From a virus: 64,000 nt of DNA. Below, piece by piece: positions 48,631 through 56,425 of the stretch. Position 1 is the stretch's first letter. Every line of letters starts with the position of its first letter. The stretch lies in the IMG/VR virus record IMGVR_UViG_3300043409_002154, positions 32,001-96,000 of that record. The stretch is one strand, 5' to 3'. A program made the position numbers and the translations under genes. The notes beneath the pieces are model-generated. The model did not search any database. It had not been told where the DNA came from and saw nothing but the letters and a program-made list of their open reading frames with translations.

Positions 48631-49237
48631 ATTTTTTATTTAAGAAAAGTATATCTTGTTGAATTAAGTTGTAAGTCAAAGGGTGATTTATGTTACCAAT
48701 AAGTTCAACAGGTTTAAAACCTATTTTATCCATATAATCATAAACAAATTCCTTTGTAGGGGCGTTTTTATTGTATTCAATTAAAGATATTTCCATTAAA
48801 ATACCTTTAGATTCTTTAATAATTTCTAATCCCCCGTTTATAATATCAATTTCTGAACCTTGAACATCAATCTTAATTAAATCAAATGTTTGTTTATTTA
48901 AAATTTTTGAAAGTATTTGTGTTTGTTTTTTTTCTATAAGAATTTGGTCGTCATCATAAAAAGAGGTATTTTCACGATAAATTGAATTACCAGTACATCT
49001 TGGTTCATTTTTTCTAATATAAAAATCAACTTCTTTTTCATAATCACTTAATAAACAGATTGAATAATCAACATTTAAAATTTCCAATGCCGGTTCGCAA
49101 TTTTCACTACCTTCTATTAAGTAATAATAAGCGTTGGGGAATATCAATTTACATTCATTATAAAATTGGCCAACATTTGCGCCAATATCTAAAATTGAAT
49201 TAGGGGTAAAATATTTTGTTATTAAATTTAAATTCAT
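48608..49237 (-). CDS. FkbM-family methyltransferase
   Basis: ILDIGANVGQF and LIKIDVQGSE. Confidence 0.88.
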   Translation of the reverse strand: MNLNLITKYFTPNSILDIGANVGQFYNECKLIFPNAYYYLIEGSENCEPALEILNVDYSICLLSDYEKEVDFYIRKNEPRCTGNSIYRENTSFYDDDQILIEKKQTQILSKILNKQTFDLIKIDVQGSEIDIINGGLEIIKESKGILMEISLIEYNKNAPTKEFVYDYMDKIGFKPVELIGNINHPLTYNLIQQDILFLNKKYDNTLAI

Positions 49238-49240
49238 TTT

Positions 49241-50491
49241 TTATAAATTACCTGTTATTCTGTCACACCACCCTTTTGATTCTGAATGAGGCCAAACTAC
49301 CCAATATTTTGGTTTTTGAGTTGTTGGAAACTCTCTCCATACTTTACAGTAATTATCTGGGTCGTTCATCATACGTTTAATTTCATTTATATCGGCATCT
49401 TTTCTAAAAATTGTTTCGTCTTTTTCAGTATGAAAAGCAACAACCCAAAAGTCATAATCTTTTTCAGGGACTTGATGAAATCCAATATCTATACAATGTT
49501 TAAAAATACTTGAAAAACTATTAATCCACTCTTCTTCTGTTTCGTAAATAGTTGGGTTTGGTGGGTAATTTTTATCTAACGTGTGTTGTTGTACCGCTCT
49601 TTTTGAAAATAATAAACCTGAATAAATTTCATAATCTTTTAAACTTCTTTCAGTCCCAAATCCATATTTACTAAAATCCATTGTAATTTCTTCACCATCC
49701 ATACCAAAAAGTTGTCTGTTTTTTTTATGTGATGTACTATTTTTTATCCCCCATTCTTTATCATCGTCCCATTGTTTTGTTCTTCCTTTTCTTGTGTATT
49801 CATGCCAAATAGCAACTTTATGTGGGTGAAATAAATCGTATCCGTGAGTAAAAGCTCTAACGGCAATTGAAATTTCTTCTCCATGAAAATAAAATTCTGG
49901 GTCATGTTGTACTTCCACAGAAAATTTTCCTAATGTGAAACAGAAATGAGCCGAATAAAATCTAGCAGGTACTGGTTCTTTTAAATCTTGCCATCCTGGG
50001 ATTGATTCTGGTAAGAAAAACACCGCTCCTTCTGGAATAAATCTATCAAACGCCATTCTCCAAGGTTCTCTAACTCTTTGTTCAGGGTCATTTTCAGGGT
50101 TAAAAGATGAAACATATCCAGTTAAAAGAGGTTTTTCAAACCCTTTTTTTTGTAATTGTTTAATCATTTTAATAAAAGTTTCGTCCCAATTTTTTTCAAA
50201 TCTCATATGAGAATCGATTTGTAATGTATATTCTTCACCACCATAAAGTTGTTGAACTTGATTTCTTGCCCAACATACCCCTTTTGATTCGGAATATAAT
50301 ACATCCGTAACTCTAAATCTTTTATCGTTTTTATATTCATCTAACACATCAAATTTATCATCCGGATGATATTGCCTACAAATACCAATAATTAATTTTT
50401 TTGGATTTTTGGCATTTTCAATCATACTTTTTAAAGTAGGAATTAATTGAGGGTCTCTATAAGACGCAATTTGGACAAAGATGTTATTCAT
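49241..50491 (-). CDS. GT60-type (Skp1/Gnt1-like) polypeptide GlcNAc transferase
   Basis: IFVQIASYRD, GVCWAR, LQIDSHMRF..NWD and FHGEEISIAVRAFTHGYD. Confidence 0.85.
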   Translation of the reverse strand: MNNIFVQIASYRDPQLIPTLKSMIENAKNPKKLIIGICRQYHPDDKFDVLDEYKNDKRFRVTDVLYSESKGVCWARNQVQQLYGGEEYTLQIDSHMRFEKNWDETFIKMIKQLQKKGFEKPLLTGYVSSFNPENDPEQRVREPWRMAFDRFIPEGAVFFLPESIPGWQDLKEPVPARFYSAHFCFTLGKFSVEVQHDPEFYFHGEEISIAVRAFTHGYDLFHPHKVAIWHEYTRKGRTKQWDDDKEWGIKNSTSHKKNRQLFGMDGEEITMDFSKYGFGTERSLKDYEIYSGLLFSKRAVQQHTLDKNYPPNPTIYETEEEWINSFSSIFKHCIDIGFHQVPEKDYDFWVVAFHTEKDETIFRKDADINEIKRMMNDPDNYCKVWREFPTTQKPKYWVVWPHSESKGWCDRITGNL

Positions 50492-50613
50492 GTTTAATAA
50501 TTTTATAAAAATAATAACTAAAAATAGAATAATGTGTACATTTTTAAAAAATTATTTTGAGATAATTTGGTTATAAAAATAACCATTAATTTGACTAAAG
50601 GTGTTGAGGTAGG

Positions 50614-52764
50614 TTATACAATTTCATACGAAAAATCATCAGTTTCGCATGAATCTATAAAACAATTTGGACAATCAGGGTTAAACATTCTAAATGTAGT
50701 ATTACTTATTTTAAAATTATGTTTAATTTCTGGCGAAGAAAGAGGTTCAACGTACATTCTAAATTGTGAAATACCCCCATCAAAAGACCCTGCAAAATTT
50801 TGTTCGATTAATATATTAGTGCTTAACCCACTTAAAGTTGTACCACTTAAATCCGAATTCGGTAAACATTCCGGGTCTTGAAAAAATGGTGAAGACAATC
50901 CGGTTAAATTTTCTCTAAGGCCTTGAGTTCCTCCACCCCAAGAGATATTAAAAGGGACTCCAAGTTGTTTTTCTTTTTCAGTATTTAATGCTCTTGGTAT
51001 AATTTCTTCAAAATCTTCAATCGTATGAAAAAGTTTACCGTTTACGTAAAATTTTAATTTTCCTTTTCTATATTTTTTATCAATCAACCATCTTTCATTT
51101 AGATTAACAATCTCAATTTTTTCTGGAATTTTACCATCTACCTCAGTATAAGGAACTGTTATTAATGATTGACTATTATTAACTAAAGATTCCAAAAATT
51201 CTTTTTTAGTGATATTATCTAAACCTCCTTTATATTTTAAATCACAAGTTTCAAACCAAGTATATCTTTCCCAAACAGCGTTAAATTGGAACCAATGTTC
51301 TTGTTCAAGAAAATAAGAATTAATTGATTCACAATAATCATAAATTCTATTTGTTGAACAATATTCATTAATAGTGTATCCAGTACTATATGTTATTCCA
51401 GTTGTTGAACAAGTCCCTGTTGTAATACAATCACCAGTAAATCTTAAAACTTTAACACAAATTTTAGGGTTTTTAACGTCTCCTGATAATCTAAACGACA
51501 TAGCATTTGATATGGAATCATATAGTGGGTCAGTTTCGCACGTATTTTCAATTGAAGTGAAACCAGTATAACATTGGTCACAAACGGGACAATCCGGAGT
51601 ATGCGTTGAACAAGTTGGGGTACATAAAGGGGTTGTAGTTGTACATGAGGTTGGTGTTGAACTAGGTGTTGGAGTTGGAGTCGGCGTTAATTCAACTTCA
51701 GACTCACATATATGTGTTTTACATTCCCATCCGCAAGTTTCACACGGATTATTTTGACAATCACATCCACAATTGACTTCTATTGATTTATTAACGTCTC
51801 CATTACAAACTGGACACCCATAACTTAAATGAGAGTCATGTACCCCATCCTTAGACCTTTGAGGGTAAACAAATAAACATCTTGAGTTTGTTATATTTCT
51901 GTTACAACATGCACATGTTTCAAAATTTTCCATTCCTTCGGTTACTCTAGTATAACCTGTGTAACATTTTGGATTTCCACTAGCATAATGATAGAATTTA
52001 TTTTCGGCTCTTGTTCCAAAATAAAAAAAAGTATTTTTATTTTCTGGGTAAATTTCATTTAATGTGGTTTGTCCGGTAGATGGGAAATATTCATCAATAA
52101 GTCTTGGTTTTAAAATCATTTCAACGGTCCAACCTTTATTGACTCTTTCCGGAAAAATTTCATAATCATGACCAAATAATTTATAAAACCCTTGATAAAA
52201 CCCACCATATAAATCATGATAATGTCCTCCATAAGGGGTGGTTTTACTTACAACTTCATACAAAACAGTTTTATCAAAACCAGAAAAAGAACTATTTTGA
52301 CTGGTATATCCTGTTATTTGAAATAATTTAAGTTTTTTATCATATGATAATCTATTAAACATTACTTCATCGGATAACACCCCTTTAGTAAACGTGATAG
52401 ATTTCCCAGTTATTGAATTAACTAATCCGTTATCAATACCGGTTAACCCAATATCACATACGGTTGTTGATGTCATACAATTCAAATCATCATTATTAAT
52501 GTTATAAAAATTTTTAGATATTAAAACATTATTTAAATTGTACACACCATAAGTTAACGTTTGCATTTGACAGGACCCGCTATAATTAATATCAAAGTAT
52601 ATTGGTAATTTATTACCGTATGTTTGAGCAATTAAATAAGGAGAAAAAACAACTTCTTGATTAAACCCAGTTTCATCTGAGGTTAATGACATGTCATATA
52701 GTTCCAATTTTAACTTTGGAAACAAATTTGAATTAACGTACTGATTGATATTTGAGTATGCCAT
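50614..52764 (-). CDS. LamG/concanavalin-like virion protein with a Cys-rich and PT-rich insertion
   Basis: WTVEMIL, KLKFYVNGKL and FDGGISQFRMY..PLS (LamG pattern); many CxxC motifs; TPTPTPTPSSTPT; likely start is MAYSN at 52764 (track start 52830). Confidence 0.65.
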   Translation of the reverse strand: MAYSNINQYVNSNLFPKLKLELYDMSLTSDETGFNQEVVFSPYLIAQTYGNKLPIYFDINYSGSCQMQTLTYGVYNLNNVLISKNFYNINNDDLNCMTSTTVCDIGLTGIDNGLVNSITGKSITFTKGVLSDEVMFNRLSYDKKLKLFQITGYTSQNSSFSGFDKTVLYEVVSKTTPYGGHYHDLYGGFYQGFYKLFGHDYEIFPERVNKGWTVEMILKPRLIDEYFPSTGQTTLNEIYPENKNTFFYFGTRAENKFYHYASGNPKCYTGYTRVTEGMENFETCACCNRNITNSRCLFVYPQRSKDGVHDSHLSYGCPVCNGDVNKSIEVNCGCDCQNNPCETCGWECKTHICESEVELTPTPTPTPSSTPTSCTTTTPLCTPTCSTHTPDCPVCDQCYTGFTSIENTCETDPLYDSISNAMSFRLSGDVKNPKICVKVLRFTGDCITTGTCSTTGITYSTGYTINEYCSTNRIYDYCESINSYFLEQEHWFQFNAVWERYTWFETCDLKYKGGLDNITKKEFLESLVNNSQSLITVPYTEVDGKIPEKIEIVNLNERWLIDKKYRKGKLKFYVNGKLFHTIEDFEEIIPRALNTEKEKQLGVPFNISWGGGTQGLRENLTGLSSPFFQDPECLPNSDLSGTTLSGLSTNILIEQNFAGSFDGGISQFRMYVEPLSSPEIKHNFKISNTTFRMFNPDCPNCFIDSCETDDFSYEIV

Positions 52765-52813
52765 TTTTTTTAAATAAATACTTAATAACGTAGTATTTAT
52801 AATAAAAAATAAT

Positions 52814-53644
52814 ATGCTTTCATATAACAAACTATACTTTAATGATGAAATTTCTTTTTTAATTAAAGAAAGACAAGATACTATTGACGTATTTTACGCT
52901 ATAAGTAATATTTTAAATGAGACTAAAAAAGAAGTTTCAAAAAAAACATTTAGTAAAAAAAATGAAACTTCCGTAAAAAAAATGTTAAATGCTGCTTTAA
53001 AATCCAACAAAAAAACTTCTAAAAAAGAATTAGGTGATAAATTAGATAACATAGAAAAAAATGGAGAAATTGAAGAATTGGTAGATTCAGATGGAGCCTT
53101 AAAAGATTCTAGCGTTCCAATTTTAGATATGGCAATGCACCCGAAAAAAACTATGGACCAAACAGTTGTCATGGCAAGACCTATGAATGACCCTATAAAA
53201 AGAGGGTATCGTGTTTATTGGGGAGAAAGTGAAGATAAAAAAGACAATATTGTGTCAGAAGTCGATTATTCAGACGCGTTTGGTTATGAAGAGACTGAAG
53301 ATATGGATTATAAAAATACTGTTAAAACATTGAAAAAAATGGGGGTTGATAACCCTAAACATAGGGCCGATGAATTTGGAAAATTACCTAACGCTAAAAA
53401 AATAAAAGGTAAATTAAAACAAAGACTTTCGGAAAAAGAACAATTAGAAAACGCACAGAAAGAAAAAATGGTAAAAATGGTTGAAGATATTATTGTTAAA
53501 AAAGGAGATGAAACCGATATTTCAAAAAAATCAAAACCATTAAATAAAATTATATTTCAAAATATTAAAGCCATAAAAAAATTAGCTGAAAAAGAAGGTG
53601 TTAGTATGTCTGAACTTATTAAAGCCCTAAAACAAAATGAATAA
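52814..53644 (+). CDS. Hypothetical charged protein
   Basis: 276-aa ORF with TATTTAT upstream. Confidence 0.75.
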   Translation: MLSYNKLYFNDEISFLIKERQDTIDVFYAISNILNETKKEVSKKTFSKKNETSVKKMLNAALKSNKKTSKKELGDKLDNIEKNGEIEELVDSDGALKDSSVPILDMAMHPKKTMDQTVVMARPMNDPIKRGYRVYWGESEDKKDNIVSEVDYSDAFGYEETEDMDYKNTVKTLKKMGVDNPKHRADEFGKLPNAKKIKGKLKQRLSEKEQLENAQKEKMVKMVEDIIVKKGDETDISKKSKPLNKIIFQNIKAIKKLAEKEGVSMSELIKALKQNE

Positions 53645-54107
53645 AGATTTATATGGACATAAAGTATCTATACCTGAAGAAGTTATAATTTATTTAGGTA
53701 AATGTAATGATTCGGCAGTTAATGCGGATAAAAATACTGAAGGTTACAAAAGAAATCAAGAACTTAGAAATTCTAAAGAAGTTACTTACCAACAATTAAA
53801 AAGAATGAAAAATTGGTTTGATAATTTTAAAGGAGATAATAATGATTTATCGTTTATATTAAATGGTGGGGATTATGTTAAAAAATGGGTTGAAAATACT
53901 TTACGTAACATGAGAGATGACATTAGTGGTACAAAAAAACATACTTCTGTTGTTTTACCAAATAGGTTTAATGATGAACACGATAAAGACAATATTAAGG
54001 ATATGAATAGACCGTCAAAATCGCATGGAGATTCATTAAATTATTACGGTTTAAAAATTACTGAAAATCTTGAAAGAATAAACGAAATAATAAAAAAAAT
54101 AACATAA
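53637..54107 (+). CDS. Hypothetical protein
   Basis: 156-aa ORF with LKRMKNWF...LNGGD..KKW. Confidence 0.7.
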   Translation: MNKDLYGHKVSIPEEVIIYLGKCNDSAVNADKNTEGYKRNQELRNSKEVTYQQLKRMKNWFDNFKGDNNDLSFILNGGDYVKKWVENTLRNMRDDISGTKKHTSVVLPNRFNDEHDKDNIKDMNRPSKSHGDSLNYYGLKITENLERINEIIKKIT

Positions 54108-54108
54108 T

Positions 54109-54402
54109 ATGGCACAAAAAGAATCGGTTGATTTATCACAACCAGTCAATAAATTATCAGCATATGCTGACGCTGAAAGAGCAAAATTAATTCCGAAAAA
54201 CGATTACACGTATAAAAACGAATACTCCGCAGTTAATCCAGACGCTCTTGCAGATGGAGATGAAAGAGGTAAAGGTACTGGTGGTGATTTAGACATTCAT
54301 AATTTTTCTGCGGGAGCAAAACAAGATATTCTTGAAAGAAAAAGTGAATTAACTACTAATTTATATCAACAAAATAAACCATACACCACTCCAGGGTCAT
54401 AA
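54109..54402 (+). CDS. Hypothetical protein
   Basis: 97-aa ORF with DALADGDERGKGTG. Confidence 0.7.
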   Translation: MAQKESVDLSQPVNKLSAYADAERAKLIPKNDYTYKNEYSAVNPDALADGDERGKGTGGDLDIHNFSAGAKQDILERKSELTTNLYQQNKPYTTPGS

Positions 54403-54797
54403 TGAAACTTTACAATTCGGTAAAATCACTTATTTTAGAAATAGCGTCAATAGATTCAATTGTTGATGCAATAAAAAAAAGAAATAAAGTTATAATTTAT
54501 TATAATGGTGATGAGCCGGGAGGAAGAGGATTAAGACAAATAGAACCCGTATGTTTTGGTTATAGTAAATCTGATAATCCTGTATTAAGGGCTTGGGACG
54601 AAGAAGGAGCCTCACATACATCGTATAAAGGACAACAACCTTTACCTGGATGGAGATTATTTAGAGTTGACAAAATTATGTCATTCAAACCTTCAAATGA
54701 AAAGTTTAATCAGGTAAGGCCAGGATATAATCCAAGTGGAGATAAAGGAATGGTGAGAGTTATTATAAACACAAAATTTGACGACCAAATAGTATAA
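54402..54797 (+). CDS. Stand-alone WYL-domain protein
   Basis: IYY...RQIEP...VLRAW...WRLFRVDKI. Confidence 0.8.
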   Translation: MKLYNSVKSLILEIASIDSIVDAIKKRNKVIIYYNGDEPGGRGLRQIEPVCFGYSKSDNPVLRAWDEEGASHTSYKGQQPLPGWRLFRVDKIMSFKPSNEKFNQVRPGYNPSGDKGMVRVIINTKFDDQIV

Positions 54798-54800
54798 TTT

Positions 54801-55367
54801 ATGAATGAAAATGATTTAATTAATAAGTTATTAATTTCCAAAAAAATAATGGAAAAACATAACGAAATACCTAGAGCAGGTAATACAAATTTAGGTTTAA
54901 GTTCTCCTACGGTTGATGATTATCAAGCTCCACAAGCAAAATATAATTTACCAGAAGATGTTATGTTGGAAAGCTCTCCAAAAAAACAAATTGATTCTCC
55001 TCAAGTAAATTCTAAAGACAAAATTTTAAATTCAAAATTACCAGACGAAATTAAACGGTTAATGATTGAACATCCTATACATCAACCTAAACAATCAACA
55101 TCGACCTTATCTAATGATTTAATTGATAAAGCATCAAGATTAATGAATGTTGACGCATCTGGTAAAAAAACAGCCCCATTATTACAAAAAGAACAATTTT
55201 CAGACTCAACTAATCTTAAAGAATTAATTAAAGAAAGTTTACGTGAAATCCTTTCGGAAGAAGGTTTATTAGTAGAATCTGTTAAAAAATCAAACGATGT
55301 TTTTTCATTTAAAGTGGGTAAACATTTGTTTGAAGGAAAAGTGACTAAAATAAAAAAACTTTTGTAA
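54801..55367 (+). CDS. Hypothetical protein
   Basis: 188-aa ORF with SKLPDEIKRLMIEHPI. Confidence 0.72.
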   Translation: MNENDLINKLLISKKIMEKHNEIPRAGNTNLGLSSPTVDDYQAPQAKYNLPEDVMLESSPKKQIDSPQVNSKDKILNSKLPDEIKRLMIEHPIHQPKQSTSTLSNDLIDKASRLMNVDASGKKTAPLLQKEQFSDSTNLKELIKESLREILSEEGLLVESVKKSNDVFSFKVGKHLFEGKVTKIKKLL

Positions 55368-55386
55368 AATTATTTAAAATTTTTTT

Positions 55387-55421
55387 AAAACCCTCCTACA
55401 GTAATTGTTGGGGGGTTTTTT
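55387..55421 (+). terminator. Intrinsic terminator
   Basis: AAAACCCTCC...GGGGGTTTTTT hairpin with a T tail. Confidence 0.8.
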
Positions 55422-55465
55422 GTAAACAATTATTTCCTTTTGATAACACAGGACTATTTATTAAT

Positions 55466-56425
55466 ATGGATGAAAAAACAAGAAAAAAAATTATCTTTGA
55501 GTATAAAAAAGGTAAAAGTAGTATTGATATTATTAAAATAGTTAAACTTTCAAAACCAACAATTCTTAAAGTATTAAATGAGAATGGGTTGATTAGAAAA
55601 AGAAATAGGTGTTCTAAGTTAAACATTAAATTTAATGGTCATGTATATTCCGTTAATAAAAATTGTCCTAAATGTGGAAACCAAATAATTACAACATCAA
55701 AAAATAAAACAATTGCTTGTAGAAACCATTTTAACTCAGTTAGTAAAAATCGTAAGTGTATTAAATGTATGTCAGAATCATTTATTGGTGAAGGAAATCC
55801 TTTTTATGGTAAAAAACATAATAAAACAACAATTAAAAAAATTTCTAAATCAAGGAAAGGTAAAGGAACAGGGGAAAATAACTCAATGTCAAACCCCGTA
55901 TGGAGAAAAAAGGCGTCAGATAATTTAAAAAAGAAATGGGATAGTGGTGAATTAGAGTCAACCCGAAAATTAATGTCTGAACATATGAAAAAAACAATAA
56001 GGTCGGGTAAAATTAAATCGGGTGTAACTTCAAAAAAAGAAAAACAAATTATACAATTTTTAAAAGAACTTAATGTTCATTCAATACAATCATATAGAGT
56101 AGATACTAAAATATGTGATATTTTTATACCAGCTTATAATTTAATTATTGAGTATTTTGGGGATTATTGGCATTGCAACCCAACCAAATATGATAAAAAT
56201 TATTTTAACCAAAAAAAAGGAATGTTATCTAAAGAAATTTGGGATTACGATAAAAAAAAGATTGATTTAATAATAAATTATGGTTATAATTTAGAAGTAA
56301 TTTGGGAGAATGACCTCAAATACGACAATAAAAAAATCATAACAATTTTAAATAAATATGACACAAAAAACAAATTCGCCCCTGAACGGTCGTCAAAAGA
56401 TACGAGTATTAGTACTCCCGTCTGA
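55466..56425 (+). CDS. Free-standing homing endonuclease (HTH, Zn ribbon, NUMOD3 and Vsr/EDxHD-like nuclease)
   Basis: N-terminal HTH; CPKC...CIKC; GEGNPFYGKKH (NUMOD3); DIFIPAYNLIIEYFGDYWHCNP...VIWEND. Confidence 0.85.
   Translation: MDEKTRKKIIFEYKKGKSSIDIIKIVKLSKPTILKVLNENGLIRKRNRCSKLNIKFNGHVYSVNKNCPKCGNQIITTSKNKTIACRNHFNSVSKNRKCIKCMSESFIGEGNPFYGKKHNKTTIKKISKSRKGKGTGENNSMSNPVWRKKASDNLKKKWDSGELESTRKLMSEHMKKTIRSGKIKSGVTSKKEKQIIQFLKELNVHSIQSYRVDTKICDIFIPAYNLIIEYFGDYWHCNPTKYDKNYFNQKKGMLSKEIWDYDKKKIDLIINYGYNLEVIWENDLKYDNKKIITILNKYDTKNKFAPERSSKDTSISTPV

Noticed and set aside
43295-50491. First GT cluster as a DNA hypermodification system
   Set aside because: The families are protein- or polysaccharide-acting types, and no base hydroxymethylase or T4-type DNA glucosyltransferase is seen in the window; not excluded genome-wide.
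52765-52830. Extended N-terminus MLYESILFF of the 738-aa ORF
   Set aside because: It overlaps the divergent gene and both TATTTAT boxes; ATG 52764 is the more plausible start.
55396-55626. 76-aa hydrophobic antisense ORF as a holin or toxin
   Set aside because: Its hydrophobicity comes from being antisense to the Lys-rich endonuclease N-terminus, and it runs into a terminator.
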